NCBI GenBank assembly: GCA_027066435.1
Contig: JAMONX010000003.1
Span: 1-57,802 of the forward strand
Direction of reading: 5' to 3'
From: Campylobacterales bacterium
GTDB taxonomy: Bacteria > Campylobacterota > Campylobacteria > Campylobacterales > QNZT01
Length of the DNA stretch: 57,802 nt
Shown here: piece after piece, positions 21,548-32,769 of the stretch
How positions within the stretch are numbered: the stretch's first letter is position 1
Layout: every line of letters starts with the position of its first letter
The notes under the pieces: generated by a model
The model's input: only the letters and a program-made list of their open reading frames with translations
Told to the model about the DNA's origin: nothing
Databases searched by the model: none
Position numbers and translations under genes: made by a program

Positions 21548-22024
21548 TTGGCAAAGCAAAAGATTTATAGACCAAATGTTGCTGCTGTTGTTTTGTCTGC
21601 AAAATATCCTCATTTCTGTGAAATTTTTATTGCAAATAGAAGTGATATCAAAAGTGCAGTATGGCAATTTCCTCAAGGTGGAATTGATGATGGAGAGACA
21701 CCAGAACAAGCACTATTTCGAGAATTAGAAGAGGAGATAGGAACAAGGTCTGTTGAGATAATTAGTGAGTATCCTGAGTGGCTTAGTTATGATTTCCCAA
21801 ATAAGATATCAAAAAAGATGTATCCATTTGATGGACAGAAACAGAAATATTTTCTAGTAAAATTAAAATCAGATGCAATTATAAATTTAGAAACTAAAGA
21901 GCCTGAATTTGTAGATTATAAGTATGTATCATATAAAAATATATTTGACCATATTGCTCATATGAAAAAGCCGATATATAAAAAAGTATTAGAGTATTTT
22001 AAAAAAAATGGATATATTTCTTAA
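21548..22024 (+). CDS. rppH: RNA pyrophosphohydrolase (Nudix)
   Basis: YRPNV, WQFPQGGID..E..A..RELEEEIG, GQKQKYFL. Confidence 0.93.
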   Translation: MAKQKIYRPNVAAVVLSAKYPHFCEIFIANRSDIKSAVWQFPQGGIDDGETPEQALFRELEEEIGTRSVEIISEYPEWLSYDFPNKISKKMYPFDGQKQKYFLVKLKSDAIINLETKEPEFVDYKYVSYKNIFDHIAHMKKPIYKKVLEYFKKNGYIS

Positions 22025-22040
22025 GGGGATGAGTATATAA

Positions 22041-23249
22041 ATGTTAATTGTACAAAAATTTGGCGGTACTAGTGTTGGCGACTTAGAGCGTATATCAAAT
22101 GTAGCAAAGCGAGTGGCAAAAACAAAAGAGCAGGGCAATGATATAATAGTAGTAGTCTCTGCAATGAGTGGAGAGACAAATAAGCTTATTGAGTATGCTA
22201 AACATTTTAGTAAAACTCCAGCTTTAAAAGAGATGGATATGCTTCTAAGCTCAGGAGAGAGAGTAACAAGTGCATTGCTTGCTATTGCTCTTTGTGATAT
22301 GGGTTATGATGCCATTTCTTTGAGTGGTCGAAAAGCTGGCATCCATACAGACGAGATGCATACAAATGCTAGAATTTCTCATATCAATACAAAAAATATG
22401 AAAAAGTCTCTTAATGAGGGAAAAATTATTATTGTTGCTGGATTTCAAGGAATTAATGAAAATGACGATGTATCAACACTAGGTCGAGGCGGCAGCGACT
22501 TAAGTGCAGTTGCAATTGCTGGGGCTATGGGTGCTGATGTTTGTGAGATATATACAGATGTTGATGGAGTTTATACAACCGATCCTAGAATTGAGAGAAG
22601 GGCTAAAAAGATAGATAAAATTTCTTATGATGAAATGTTAGAATTTGCAAGTCTTGGTGCAAAGGTTCTTCAAAATAGATCAGTTGAGATGGCAAAAAAG
22701 TTAAATGTAAATTTGGTAACAAGAAGTAGTTTTAATGAAAATGAAGGTACATTAATCACAAAGGAAGAGAATATTATGGAAGAGCCGATTGTAAGCGGTA
22801 TAGCATTAGATAAAAATCAAGCTAGAGTAACCTTGAGAAATGTTAAAGATGAACCAGGAATTGCTGCACATATCTTTTCAACGCTTGCAGATAATAATAT
22901 AATAGTTGATATGATTATCCAAAATGTAGGGCATGATGGCTCAGCAAATCTTGGTTTCACTGTAGGTGAAAATGATCTTGAGAGTGCAAAAAATATAATG
23001 CAAAGGCTTAATGCTGCTGAAAATTTAGAGTTTGATAATAATATTTCTAAAGTCTCTATTGTTGGAGTTGGTATGAAAAATCATACAGGAGTTGCAAGTC
23101 TTGCTTTTACAACTATGGCGGATAATAATATAAATATTGAGATGATAAGCACAAGTGAAATTAAAATTTCTATGATTGTTGATGAAAAATATAGTGAGTT
23201 AGCTGTTAGGTCTCTGCATGAGGCTTATAATCTTGGAGATAGAGAGTAG
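22041..23249 (+). CDS. lysC: Aspartate kinase
   Basis: VQKFGGTSV, TLGRGGSD, YTDVDGVYTTDPR, two ACT domains. Confidence 0.97.
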   Translation: MLIVQKFGGTSVGDLERISNVAKRVAKTKEQGNDIIVVVSAMSGETNKLIEYAKHFSKTPALKEMDMLLSSGERVTSALLAIALCDMGYDAISLSGRKAGIHTDEMHTNARISHINTKNMKKSLNEGKIIIVAGFQGINENDDVSTLGRGGSDLSAVAIAGAMGADVCEIYTDVDGVYTTDPRIERRAKKIDKISYDEMLEFASLGAKVLQNRSVEMAKKLNVNLVTRSSFNENEGTLITKEENIMEEPIVSGIALDKNQARVTLRNVKDEPGIAAHIFSTLADNNIIVDMIIQNVGHDGSANLGFTVGENDLESAKNIMQRLNAAENLEFDNNISKVSIVGVGMKNHTGVASLAFTTMADNNINIEMISTSEIKISMIVDEKYSELAVRSLHEAYNLGDRE

Positions 23250-23254
23250 ATAAT

Positions 23255-23812
23255 ATGAGTAAAGATTTTTCCTCATGGACACTTGAAAGAATCCGAGACG
23301 AGGGAAATTCCATGAACTGGATGGAAGAGCGAAGATATGATTGGGTTCCTTTGGCTGCAACTGCAATTGACAGACTCGTTAATGCTCAAACATTTTTAAT
23401 CATAACAGATAGAAGCAGAGAGTGGTTTTCTCGTTATATATTAAGTCGTTTAAATAAGCACGATGGAGATAGACCACTTTTGCCTATTGTATCATTAGGT
23501 ACTGTGTTCCCACATATGGATAAGCTCAAAGATGAAGAGCAGATGAGTATTTTAGAAGATATGCTTAGTTTATCTTTCCCTGCTGGATATACTTTTTTTT
23601 ATATTGGCAAAGGAAGTGATCCAAGAGCTCAAATAGTAAAACGAAAAGAGAATAGTTTTATCTGGCTTCTTGATGAGCAGATGCAAAATAGCTTTTATCT
23701 TAACTCAAAAGATGAAAATCTTGATATCAAACTTATACAGCTTATTACACTTTTTGATAAGAGTATAGATGCTATTTTATTTTCAGAAGTAGATTTACAA
23801 AATGCTTTATGA
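23255..23812 (+). CDS. hobA: DnaA regulator HobA
   Basis: WTLERIR...WMEERRYDWVP; lysC-hobA-holB-folP order typical of Campylobacterota. Confidence 0.85.
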   Translation: MSKDFSSWTLERIRDEGNSMNWMEERRYDWVPLAATAIDRLVNAQTFLIITDRSREWFSRYILSRLNKHDGDRPLLPIVSLGTVFPHMDKLKDEEQMSILEDMLSLSFPAGYTFFYIGKGSDPRAQIVKRKENSFIWLLDEQMQNSFYLNSKDENLDIKLIQLITLFDKSIDAILFSEVDLQNAL

Positions 23813-24426
23813 GACCAATGATTGAATCAACTATTATCGCCTCGCTTGATTTTGAGTTAGCTAAAAGAAAGGTGCTAGGAGAGATTGACTCAAAACTTGT
23901 CAAAACTTTTTATGTTGATGAGTTCAAAGTTGAGGATGCTAGAGAGGTTATAAGAGAGGCTTATATAGCAGAAGAGAAACCGAAATATCTCATATTAGCA
24001 GCGCTTACTTACAATATATATGCACAAAATTCACTTTTAAAATTGCTTGAAGAACCTCCTAGAAATATTGTTTTTATCTTAATTGTAAAATCAAAAACTT
24101 CTCTTTTGCCAACAATCCGTTCAAGAATGAAAATAAGATATGAAAAGAGCCAAAAAGAGTCGTTAGATTTGGGATTGAACTTGTCAAATTTTGGTCTGAA
24201 TGAACTTTTTTTATTTTTAAAAAATCGTAGAAATATCTCAAAAGATGAGTTAAAAGAGATAGTACAAACACTTTTAACAGAGATTGTTAAAAATGATATT
24301 AGACTCTCTGCAACTGAACTTGATATGTTCGATAAAGCGATGGAACTTTCACAATTAAATTCAAGACCACAAAATATACTCTCATATCTTTTACTTACAA
24401 TTCATCAAGCACAAAATCGAAAATGA
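23809..24426 (+). CDS. holB: DNA polymerase III delta' subunit
   Basis: AQNSLLKLLEEPP, LLPTIRSR. Confidence 0.88.
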   Translation: MRPMIESTIIASLDFELAKRKVLGEIDSKLVKTFYVDEFKVEDAREVIREAYIAEEKPKYLILAALTYNIYAQNSLLKLLEEPPRNIVFILIVKSKTSLLPTIRSRMKIRYEKSQKESLDLGLNLSNFGLNELFLFLKNRRNISKDELKEIVQTLLTEIVKNDIRLSATELDMFDKAMELSQLNSRPQNILSYLLLTIHQAQNRK

Positions 24427-25568
24427 AAGTTATTAAGCTAAATTCACAGATAGAAAGAGATTTGATTTTGCAACAGATTGGCTCAACAACTGCTGGTAAT
24501 AAAATTTTAAAAGATAAGATGCAGACAAAACTTTTCTTTTTAAAAGGTATAAAAACACCAGCAGCAAATATCTTAAAACAAGACGCCCTATCAATTGGTG
24601 CTGACTTGGCAGTTCCTAAAAATACGATACTTTGTGCTGATGAGAAGATAGATGCACTTTTGATAGCAAATGATAAACAGATAAAAATATTAAGCAAGAA
24701 AGAGTTAGCACAACCTTTTGGATTAAAAGAGTTTGCATCTGAATTAAATAAATATAAAAAAGTTAATGAATTTTCACGAGAGATTATGGGCGTGTTAAAT
24801 ATCAATGAAGATAGTTTTTATGAAGGGAGTAGATTTATAGCTAAAAACACTCTAGCAAAAATTGAGAATATGATAGAAGAGGGTGCAGATATTATTGATA
24901 TCGGTGCCTTATCATCAAGACCTGGAAGTAAAAAAATTAGTGCCAAAGAGGAATTAGGTCGTATAAAGAGAGTTATTGATGAAATATATAAAAATTCACT
25001 CTATAAAAAAATAGTTTTTAGTATAGATAGTTATGAACCTATAGTTGTTGAGTATGCACTCAATTGTGGCTTTAGCATAATAAATGATATCACAGGGTTA
25101 GATAATGATGAGGTTTGCAAAATTGCATCTAGATACAAAGCTAAAGTTGTCATAATGCATATGAAAGGTACTCCAGAGGATATGCAAAAAAATCCTCACT
25201 ATGAAAATGTTATTTTGGAAGTTGAGGGTTTTTTTAAAGAGAGAATTCAAAAAGCGAAAAAATTTGGCATTGAAGATATTATTTTAGATGTTGGGATTGG
25301 TTTTGGAAAAACATTAGACCATAATTTGATGTTAATTTCCCACCTATCTCACTTTAAAAAGTTTAATCTCCCATTGCTTGTAGGAGCGAGTCGAAAATCT
25401 ATGATTGATAAGATAATACCGTGTGATGTAAAAGATAGGCTTAGCGGTACTTTGGCTTTGCATCTGAAGGCAGAGTCTGAAGGTGCAAGTATGATTCGTT
25501 GTCATGATGTAAAAGAGCATATTCAAGCTTTTAAAGTTGCAGATGCATTAAAAGCGACTACTGTATGA
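24423..25568 (+). CDS. folP: Dihydropteroate synthase with N-terminal extension
   Basis: MGVLNINEDSFY, DIGALSSRPG, DVGIGFGK, GASRKS, RCHDV. Confidence 0.95.
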   Translation: MKVIKLNSQIERDLILQQIGSTTAGNKILKDKMQTKLFFLKGIKTPAANILKQDALSIGADLAVPKNTILCADEKIDALLIANDKQIKILSKKELAQPFGLKEFASELNKYKKVNEFSREIMGVLNINEDSFYEGSRFIAKNTLAKIENMIEEGADIIDIGALSSRPGSKKISAKEELGRIKRVIDEIYKNSLYKKIVFSIDSYEPIVVEYALNCGFSIINDITGLDNDEVCKIASRYKAKVVIMHMKGTPEDMQKNPHYENVILEVEGFFKERIQKAKKFGIEDIILDVGIGFGKTLDHNLMLISHLSHFKKFNLPLLVGASRKSMIDKIIPCDVKDRLSGTLALHLKAESEGASMIRCHDVKEHIQAFKVADALKATTV

Positions 25569-26440
25569 GAGTAGGATTAGTTCAACAAAAGTTTTATGGT
25601 TCTAAGGATTTGACAATAAAAGAGAGTTTGAAGTCTATTAAAAAATTAAAAGAGCATGGTGCTGAGCTTATTGTGTTACAGGAGCTTCATCAAGATAGAT
25701 ATTTTTGCATAAATCAAAATATAGATAATTTTGATTTAGCAAATAGTTGGGAAGATGATTTACTTTTTTGGTCAAACATTGCAAAAGAGAACTCCATTGT
25801 TTTAGTGACATCTCTTTTTGAAAAAAGAGCTAAAGGGATTTATCACAATTGTGTGGTTGTTTTTGAGAAAGATGGACTCATCGCTGGAAAATATAGAAAG
25901 ATGCATATACCAGATGACCCTGGTTTTTATGAAAAGTTTTATTTTACACCTGGTGATTTAGGATTTGAGCCTATTGAAACAAGTGTGGGAAAATTAGGAG
26001 TTCTTATCTGTTGGGATCAGTGGTTTCCAGAAGCTGCACGACTTATGTGTTTAAAGGGTGCTGATATTTTAATTTATCCTACAGCAATTGGTTGGTTTGA
26101 TGAGGATAGTGATGATGAGAAACAAAAGCAATTAGATGCATGGATTACGGTTCAAAGGGCTCACTCAATCTCAAATGGAATTCCTCTCATATCTGTTAAT
26201 CGTGTTGGAAAAGAGTTAGATAACTCTTGTGTAATTGATGGAATACGGTTTTGGGGTAATTCATTTGTTGTGGATGCACAAGGATCTTTTATCTACAGAG
26301 CAGGAGATAAAGAGGAGAGTGTGGTCATAGATATAGATTTAGCTCAAAATGAAAATATCCGAAGAGTTTGGCCATTTTTACGAGATAGACGAATTGAAGA
26401 TTACAGTGAGATAACAAAAAGATTTATTGATAGTGTGTAA
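25565..26440 (+). CDS. aguB: N-carbamoylputrescine amidase (carbon-nitrogen hydrolase)
   Basis: LQEL, YRKMHIPDDPGFYEKFYFTPGD, ICWDQWFPEAAR, WPFLRDRR. Confidence 0.85.
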   Translation: MRVGLVQQKFYGSKDLTIKESLKSIKKLKEHGAELIVLQELHQDRYFCINQNIDNFDLANSWEDDLLFWSNIAKENSIVLVTSLFEKRAKGIYHNCVVVFEKDGLIAGKYRKMHIPDDPGFYEKFYFTPGDLGFEPIETSVGKLGVLICWDQWFPEAARLMCLKGADILIYPTAIGWFDEDSDDEKQKQLDAWITVQRAHSISNGIPLISVNRVGKELDNSCVIDGIRFWGNSFVVDAQGSFIYRAGDKEESVVIDIDLAQNENIRRVWPFLRDRRIEDYSEITKRFIDSV

Positions 26441-26546
26441 AAAACTGACTTTTTAATACTTTTTTATCAAAAAACACTAAAAAGTATATAATTTCTAACC
26501 TTTGTGTCGATTATATGAGTATCTAAAATAATAAAAGGGTACTAAT

Positions 26547-27041
26547 ATGAAAAAGATAATTCCAACAATTTTACTTTGTGGAACAATTTTGGTTGCTTCA
26601 AGTTTTGAAAAAGGAATGAGTGCATTAAATAAAGGAGAAGAACAAAAAGCATATGATGCGTTCTTCTTATCTGCTAAAAGTGGTGATATTGATTCTCAAA
26701 TGATATTGGGAGAGATGTATTTAGATGGTATAGGAGTTGAAGCTGATCACCAAAAAGCTTTTTTTTGGCTCTCAAAATCTGCAGCTGCTGGAGATATGGA
26801 AGCACAATATCTTTTAGGTTTTATGTATGAAAATGGTTTAAATGTTGAAACAGACATCAAAAGAGCAGTTAAGTGGTACACCGAATCTGCTATACAAGGT
26901 GATATATTGTCTCAGTATAATTTAGCAGTTATATATAAAGAGGGTAAAGGTGGGATTGATAAAGATATGAAACAAGCATTTAAATGGTTAAATATGGTTC
27001 AAAAAGCAAGAGAAAATATGGAATTTGTTGCGATAAAATAA
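26547..27041 (+). CDS. Exported Sel1-repeat protein
   Basis: Three AQxxLGxMYxxGxGV...A..W...SA repeats; signal peptide. Confidence 0.9.
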   Translation: MKKIIPTILLCGTILVASSFEKGMSALNKGEEQKAYDAFFLSAKSGDIDSQMILGEMYLDGIGVEADHQKAFFWLSKSAAAGDMEAQYLLGFMYENGLNVETDIKRAVKWYTESAIQGDILSQYNLAVIYKEGKGGIDKDMKQAFKWLNMVQKARENMEFVAIK

Positions 27042-27042
27042 G

Positions 27043-27071
27043 TGATTAGACGAGTCAATATCGTCTAATCA
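27043..27071. terminator. Hairpin between the convergent Sel1 gene and ftsZ (likely bidirectional terminator)
   Basis: TGATTAGACGA-7nt-TCGTCTAATCA, perfect 11-bp stem. Confidence 0.6.
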
Positions 27072-27083
27072 GGAGAGGTTAGG

Positions 27084-28220
27084 TTAGTCCATTTGCCGTC
27101 TTAAAAATGTAGGATAATCTAAATCTTCATCTTCTAAAATATATCCTCCACCACTTACTGCTCTTCCAATATTGGGATTTTCTATGTTTGGTCTAAATAT
27201 TGGTTCGGCTGGTTTTGTACTAGGATTGTTTGCTGCGGTATCTTTTGGTATATTTTTGTTGTTTTCTTTAGCAAAACCTGTTGCAACAATTGTAATTTTA
27301 AGCTGATTTATACTCATTTTCTCGTCAGTTGTTGTTCCAAAGATAACATCAGCATCTTCATCGGCACTATCATAAATAATATCCATTGCATTTTGTATTT
27401 GCACAAGAGGAAAGTCAGGATGCAAATTAAAATGTACAAGTACACCCATTGCCCCATTTATTGATAGATTATCAAGAAGTGGTGACTCAATTGCATTTTT
27501 AACAGCTTCTACAGCAGAATCTTCACCTTCAGCTTCTCCTACTCCTAAAATTGCCATACCCCTATGACTCATAATAGTTTGAACATCTGCAAAATCAACA
27601 TTGATATCATTGTCACCGCTTGAAAGTACAACAGCACTCATACCACCAACAGCACGACTTAAAATATCATCTACAAGTTTGAAACTCTCCTTTACTCCTA
27701 AGTCTTTATCCACAATGGAGAGTAATTTGTCGTTTGGAATGATAACAATAGAGTCACTCTCTTTGCTAAGTTCTCCAATACCTACTTCTGCAAGTCTTGA
27801 TCTCTTTCTCCCTTCAAAGCCAAAAGGTTTTGTTACAACTGAAATAGTTAAAGCACCTACCTCTTTAGCAGCTTGAGCGACAATTGGAGCAGCACCAGTA
27901 CCAGTACCTCCTCCAAAGCCAGATGCGATAAATACCATATCAGCCCCCTCTAGGGCCTCTTTGATATTATCAAAACTCTCAAGTGCTGAATCTTTACCAA
28001 TTTCTGGTTTCATTCCTGCACCTAAGCCCTTTGTTTTTCTTTCACCAAGTTGAATTTTTGTAGGTGCTTTTGATGTTGACAATGCTTGTGCATCTGTATT
28101 TGCAACAAGTAGGTCTATCCCGCTGATTCCTTCTGTAATCATATGATTGACCATGTTTCCACCGCCACCACCAACGCCGATAACTTTTATCTTCGCACCT
28201 ATTGTAGTATTATTTGACAT
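27084..28220 (-). CDS. ftsZ: Cell division protein FtsZ
   Basis: [23 protein letters not shown]-terminal DYPTFLRRQ. Confidence 0.98.
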   Translation of the reverse strand: MSNNTTIGAKIKVIGVGGGGGNMVNHMITEGISGIDLLVANTDAQALSTSKAPTKIQLGERKTKGLGAGMKPEIGKDSALESFDNIKEALEGADMVFIASGFGGGTGTGAAPIVAQAAKEVGALTISVVTKPFGFEGRKRSRLAEVGIGELSKESDSIVIIPNDKLLSIVDKDLGVKESFKLVDDILSRAVGGMSAVVLSSGDNDINVDFADVQTIMSHRGMAILGVGEAEGEDSAVEAVKNAIESPLLDNLSINGAMGVLVHFNLHPDFPLVQIQNAMDIIYDSADEDADVIFGTTTDEKMSINQLKITIVATGFAKENNKNIPKDTAANNPSTKPAEPIFRPNIENPNIGRAVSGGGYILEDEDLDYPTFLRRQMD

Positions 28221-28239
28221 TCTCTCTCCTTTTTACTTA

Positions 28240-29616
28240 TTAAAATAGTGTTGTAATTCTGTTCCAAAATTTTTTGAAACCACTCTTGATGTTTTGGTCC
28301 TTTTCAACAAAAATATCGTAATTCTTATCATTTCCAAGATTATTTAGATTTAAATCATCTTTAAGTATAGTTGCATCTTCATCCTCTTCTTGATCAATTA
28401 TATTGTGAATATCTGGGCTTGGGTCAATTCTTTCATCTTTGTATCTTAGTTTTTTATTTGAATCCATTTCATATGGGGTAAAACTCCCAACTCCATATGA
28501 AATAAGACCGATTGCAGTAGAGTACTCTGGACCTTTTAATGTATCAAACATTCCTTCTATCCCAGATTCAATGGGTTTGGCTATGCGTACTGGCATATTG
28601 TTAAAAACAGCAGAAGCTAGTTCCCTTAAACCTTCAAGCCTTGTCATACCTCCAGTTAGTACGACTCCTCCTCCAAGTTGATCTTTGAAGCCACTATTTT
28701 TAATTGATTGAGCAATTATAAGAAGAGTCTCTTCAACTCTTGCATAAATTACATTTGTAACAATCTCTAATGAAACTTCATGTGAGTTCCCTTCATCTCC
28801 AATTGCTGGGAGGTTTATTATTTCATTGCTATTTAACTTTAGAGAACCATGGTCTATTTTTACTCTCTCTGCTGCATTGATTGGGGTATGTAGTGCCATA
28901 GAGAGGTCATTTGTGATATTGTTGCTTCCAATACCTAGAAAATCATTGTATCTGATAGAATTGCCTAGATGAATTGCAATATTTGAAGTTGCACCTCCAA
29001 GGTCTATAACAGCCACACCAAGCTCTTTCTCATCATCTCCAAGAACTGCTATACTAGATGCATAGCTATTTAAAACTATATTATCAATTTCTAAAGAGGC
29101 TGATTTGACAGCTTTTTTGAGGTTATTTAAGCTTGATTTTAAAACGGTAATTATGTGTACTTGCACTTCAAGTCTAGCCCCATTCATTCCAAGTGGATCA
29201 TCTATATGTTCGTGGTCATCAACTTTGAAATTATAAGGAAGGATATGAAGTTTTTCATACTCATTAGGAATATTTGAATTGTGATCTGCCATTTGCATAA
29301 CTCTGTTTATTTCTGTTATGCCTATTTCATTATTTGGAGCGTTTACTACTCCATAACTATCTACACTCTTAGTATATGCTCCTGAAATGGAAACTATAAC
29401 TCGATCAAAATGTGTACCTGCAACTCTTTTTGCATCATTTATGGCATGTTTTATTGAACGAGATGCGAGTTCGATATTTGTAATAATACCTTTTTTGACA
29501 CCTTGTGATTTTGAGATACCAGCTCCGAGTATTTTCGTACCAGAGGAGTCTTTTTGAGCGATAATTGCACAAATCTTTGTCGACCCGATATCCACACCAA
29601 GTATAATAGTACTCAA
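28240..29616 (-). CDS. ftsA: Cell division protein FtsA
   Basis: GVDIGSTKI, DLGGATS, AERVKI, VLTGG; adjacent to ftsZ. Confidence 0.96.
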   Translation of the reverse strand: MSTIILGVDIGSTKICAIIAQKDSSGTKILGAGISKSQGVKKGIITNIELASRSIKHAINDAKRVAGTHFDRVIVSISGAYTKSVDSYGVVNAPNNEIGITEINRVMQMADHNSNIPNEYEKLHILPYNFKVDDHEHIDDPLGMNGARLEVQVHIITVLKSSLNNLKKAVKSASLEIDNIVLNSYASSIAVLGDDEKELGVAVIDLGGATSNIAIHLGNSIRYNDFLGIGSNNITNDLSMALHTPINAAERVKIDHGSLKLNSNEIINLPAIGDEGNSHEVSLEIVTNVIYARVEETLLIIAQSIKNSGFKDQLGGGVVLTGGMTRLEGLRELASAVFNNMPVRIAKPIESGIEGMFDTLKGPEYSTAIGLISYGVGSFTPYEMDSNKKLRYKDERIDPSPDIHNIIDQEEDEDATILKDDLNLNNLGNDKNYDIFVEKDQNIKSGFKKFWNRITTLF

Positions 29617-29619
29617 GTT

Positions 29620-31080
29620 CTATCCTTTATTATATTTTACAATTTTATATTTTTTTTCAAGCTTTTCTATTAACATACTTTGTGCGGTATTGCTTTTTAA
29701 TGCCTCTATGCTTTTTATTAAGTCCTCTTTGTTGGTTTCTAACTCTTTTGTTGATGAGAGTTTTTGGTCTATTATCTCATACACTATCGCTTTATCAGCA
29801 AAAATATAATAACCCTTTTTTTGTGAGCTTAAGAAGAGCTGCTCTAAAAAAACTTTAGCTTCATTTTCGCTAAGCACTGTTACTTTATCTGCATCTTCTC
29901 TTGAGATAAAGTCCAATACTTTTCCATCTTTTAACTCTTTAGCTTCTAGTTTTGCTTTAGCCTCTAAAAGTTCTAGTTTTTTCTCTTTGAAAAGATTGTC
30001 TCTTACATTATCCTTTGCTTCCTCAAACTCAAGAGGCTCTGGTTCATTAATCGCTACAAGTTTTACAGTCATATATCCATCTTCTAATTCAAGTGCTTTG
30101 ATGTATGAGCCAATTTTCAGACCAGCAATTTGCTCTAGTGGAATATCGCTATTTTCTACACCAAGTGTTCTTTTTTCGCTAGGAGCAATTTTACCTTGTT
30201 TGAAAGAGAGATATTTTTTAAGAATCTCTTTTTTTGCTTTTTTAAGTTGTACTTTTGCTTTTACCCGCTCTTTTGCATCTTCAAACTCTAAAATTTTATC
30301 ATCGTCATCTTTGAAAAGATATTTTTTATCTCTATAAAACTCTTCTAGTTCGGCATCTGTAACTTCGATATTTGATGAATTAACTTTAATAAGTTCTATT
30401 TCATAACTTTTATCACTTAAAAAATCTGTTCGATTTTCACTCCAATAAGTTTTCATCGCCTCATCACTGACATTAATATCGCTATTTTGTATATCAATTA
30501 GTTTTACACTTATTTTATCTTGTAAAAATAGTGAAGCGCCGATTGTTTTCAATTCAAGCTCAGTGTATGGTAAGGCAAGGGCATCGTTTAGTTTGTTTAT
30601 AATAATTTCTCGCCTAATATCCCTTTCAAAATCTTTTACTTTTTTATTAACAGCCTTTAGAACTTTGAAATAAGTCTCTTTATTAAATGTGCCATTTTCT
30701 TTAAAGTTGTCGATAGAGTGTATCTTCATAGCAACTTCTTTCTCCGATGCACTAAGACCAAGGTCATCAGCATAATTTAAAAGAAGTGTCTCTTTGATAA
30801 GTTGGTTTAGAGCGACATCTTGAAGTTTCATCTCATCTGCTTTTTCTTGAGTTAGTTTTCCCTCAAGAAGTTGATTGTAGTAGTTATAGATATTATTATA
30901 TGATGATTGCAACTCACCTTGACTTATCTCTCTTTCACCAACTTTGGCAATATTACCTTTTTGACCTCCTCCAAAGCTATATGCTCCCCAGCCTACAAAA
31001 CCAGCTCCTACGAAAGCTATAGTACTAATCCAAATAGTAACGATAAGATATTTTCTGTGTGTTTGCATCCATGAAATCAT
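29620..31080 (-). CDS. PpiD/SurA-like periplasmic chaperone / peptidyl-prolyl isomerase
   Basis: MISWMQ..TIWISTIAFVGAGFVGWG N-terminal anchor; SurA-N-like domain; upstream of ftsA as in Campylobacterota. Confidence 0.82.
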   Translation of the reverse strand: MISWMQTHRKYLIVTIWISTIAFVGAGFVGWGAYSFGGGQKGNIAKVGEREISQGELQSSYNNIYNYYNQLLEGKLTQEKADEMKLQDVALNQLIKETLLLNYADDLGLSASEKEVAMKIHSIDNFKENGTFNKETYFKVLKAVNKKVKDFERDIRREIIINKLNDALALPYTELELKTIGASLFLQDKISVKLIDIQNSDINVSDEAMKTYWSENRTDFLSDKSYEIELIKVNSSNIEVTDAELEEFYRDKKYLFKDDDDKILEFEDAKERVKAKVQLKKAKKEILKKYLSFKQGKIAPSEKRTLGVENSDIPLEQIAGLKIGSYIKALELEDGYMTVKLVAINEPEPLEFEEAKDNVRDNLFKEKKLELLEAKAKLEAKELKDGKVLDFISREDADKVTVLSENEAKVFLEQLFLSSQKKGYYIFADKAIVYEIIDQKLSSTKELETNKEDLIKSIEALKSNTAQSMLIEKLEKKYKIVKYNKG

Positions 31081-31195
31081 TATAAACCTTTTTAATATAC
31101 AATATTAAGACAATTATATTCTAAAAAGGTTAAAAATAATTAAAGTTTCACTGATTGCAACTTGAATTTTATAAATTAAAAAATAAACCCAAAAA

Positions 31196-31798
31196 TTAAT
31201 CAAGGTGAATTGGGAAATTTCTATGTTGATTAATAGTCGAATTATGTAAAAGTTTAGCACTATTTTCTAAAATTGCGATTTTTTTTACCAAAGTAGTAAG
31301 GTCTCTACTATAAGCATAAACTCCATAACCTTTAATAATCATTATATCTGTATCTTGTTCTTTTAAATAACTAAAAATTTCTATATGTGCTCGTTTATAC
31401 CAAGTTTTAAAACTGCCAGGATTGTAAATATTTTTTTCACCAAGAATTATATTGCCAAAATAGTCTTTGGGAGTAATCTTATTATGCTTAAGTGTGTAAG
31501 CTGTTATAAATGGTGGCATTGTATAGCAGACATATTTTGCTTCACTAATATTGTTGTAAATATTTATATGTATATTACAATCTTTGCTTGCACTATTCCA
31601 TCTGTAATCTTTTTTTGTATAAAGTTCTATAAAATCGCTATCTTTTAGTTCATCGAAAATAGAGTCAGCTTTGTTGATTACAAATAGATTGTTTTCTATT
31701 TTTGCAGAGAGTGAACCGTGAAAAATACCCAAAAAGTTTTTTCTAAACATAGACAAGGAGACCGCTTTTAACTCATTTACAAGGTGTTTTTCTAACAC
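31196..31798 (-). CDS. Class II aldolase/adducin family protein
   Basis: GIFHGSLSAK, AS..IH..IY, IKGYGVY; probable GTG start at 31798 after AGGAG; divergent from rsmH. Confidence 0.8.
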   Translation of the reverse strand: MLEKHLVNELKAVSLSMFRKNFLGIFHGSLSAKIENNLFVINKADSIFDELKDSDFIELYTKKDYRWNSASKDCNIHINIYNNISEAKYVCYTMPPFITAYTLKHNKITPKDYFGNIILGEKNIYNPGSFKTWYKRAHIEIFSYLKEQDTDIMIIKGYGVYAYSRDLTTLVKKIAILENSAKLLHNSTINQHRNFPIHLD

Positions 31799-31854
31799 AT
31801 TATCTCCTTTAATCTTTTTCTTAGTATTATATCTTTTATTCATAAAGGATTGAT

Positions 31855-32769
31855 TTGAATATACCTCATATACCAGTTTTACTTGATGAAATTAAAGAGA
31901 TATTTTCGCATGTTAAAGATGGCGTCATAGTTGATTGTACAGTTGGATATGGTGGGCATAGTGAAGTAATTTTGGAGTTAAATCCAGATATAAAAATGAT
32001 TTGTGTTGACCAAGATAAAGAGGCCTTAGCGTTTTCAAAAAAAAGATTACAGAGGTTTAAAAATAGAGTAAAATTTCATCATGGTAGATTTTCTGATGTG
32101 ATTTGTCAAATCGAAGATTTGGGGCAAATTAGAGGAGTTTTAGCCGATATTGGTGTCTCTTCACTCCAGCTCGATAAAAATGATAGAGGATTTGGTTTTG
32201 ACTCACAAACACTCGATATGAGAATGGATCAAAACCGAACTCTTAGTGCAGATGAAGTTGTAAATAGTTATAAAAAAGAGGATTTAGAATATATTTTTAA
32301 AGAGTATGGGGAAGTTAGAGAGTATAAAAAAGCTGCCTCATTGATTTGTCAGCAAAGAGAAATTAAGCCATTTGAAAGTTCTTGTGAGTTAGCAGAGTTT
32401 TTGGCAAAACGACTCTTTTCTAAAAAACTTCATCCTGCAACTTTAATTTTTCAAGCAATCCGAATAGAGGTCAATGACGAGCTTGGTGAATTAAAAAGAT
32501 TATTAAATTCTATAAGAAAATTAAATATAAATAAGTGTTTAGTCGCTATAATCTCTTTTCACTCACTAGAAGATAGGTTAGTTAAGAGCTATTTTAGAGA
32601 TTGGAGCAAGAGTTGCATCTGTCCAAAAGAGATTATGAGATGTATGTGTGGCAACAATAACTCTTTTGGAAAAGCTGTTGTTAAAAAAGTGATAACACCA
32701 ACAAAAAAAGAGATTAATGAAAACCCAAGAAGCCGAAGTTCAAAACTCAGAGTTTTTAGAGTCGATTAA
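31855..32769 (+). CDS. rsmH: 16S rRNA m4C1402 methyltransferase
   Basis: HIPVLL, DCTVGYGGHS, DIGVSSLQLD, FQAIRIEVNDEL, SFHSLEDR, NPRSRSSKLR. Confidence 0.96.
   Translation: MNIPHIPVLLDEIKEIFSHVKDGVIVDCTVGYGGHSEVILELNPDIKMICVDQDKEALAFSKKRLQRFKNRVKFHHGRFSDVICQIEDLGQIRGVLADIGVSSLQLDKNDRGFGFDSQTLDMRMDQNRTLSADEVVNSYKKEDLEYIFKEYGEVREYKKAASLICQQREIKPFESSCELAEFLAKRLFSKKLHPATLIFQAIRIEVNDELGELKRLLNSIRKLNINKCLVAIISFHSLEDRLVKSYFRDWSKSCICPKEIMRCMCGNNNSFGKAVVKKVITPTKKEINENPRSRSSKLRVFRVD

Noticed and set aside
24423-24780. About 120-aa N-terminal extension on FolP
   Set aside because: Typical of Campylobacterota FolP proteins
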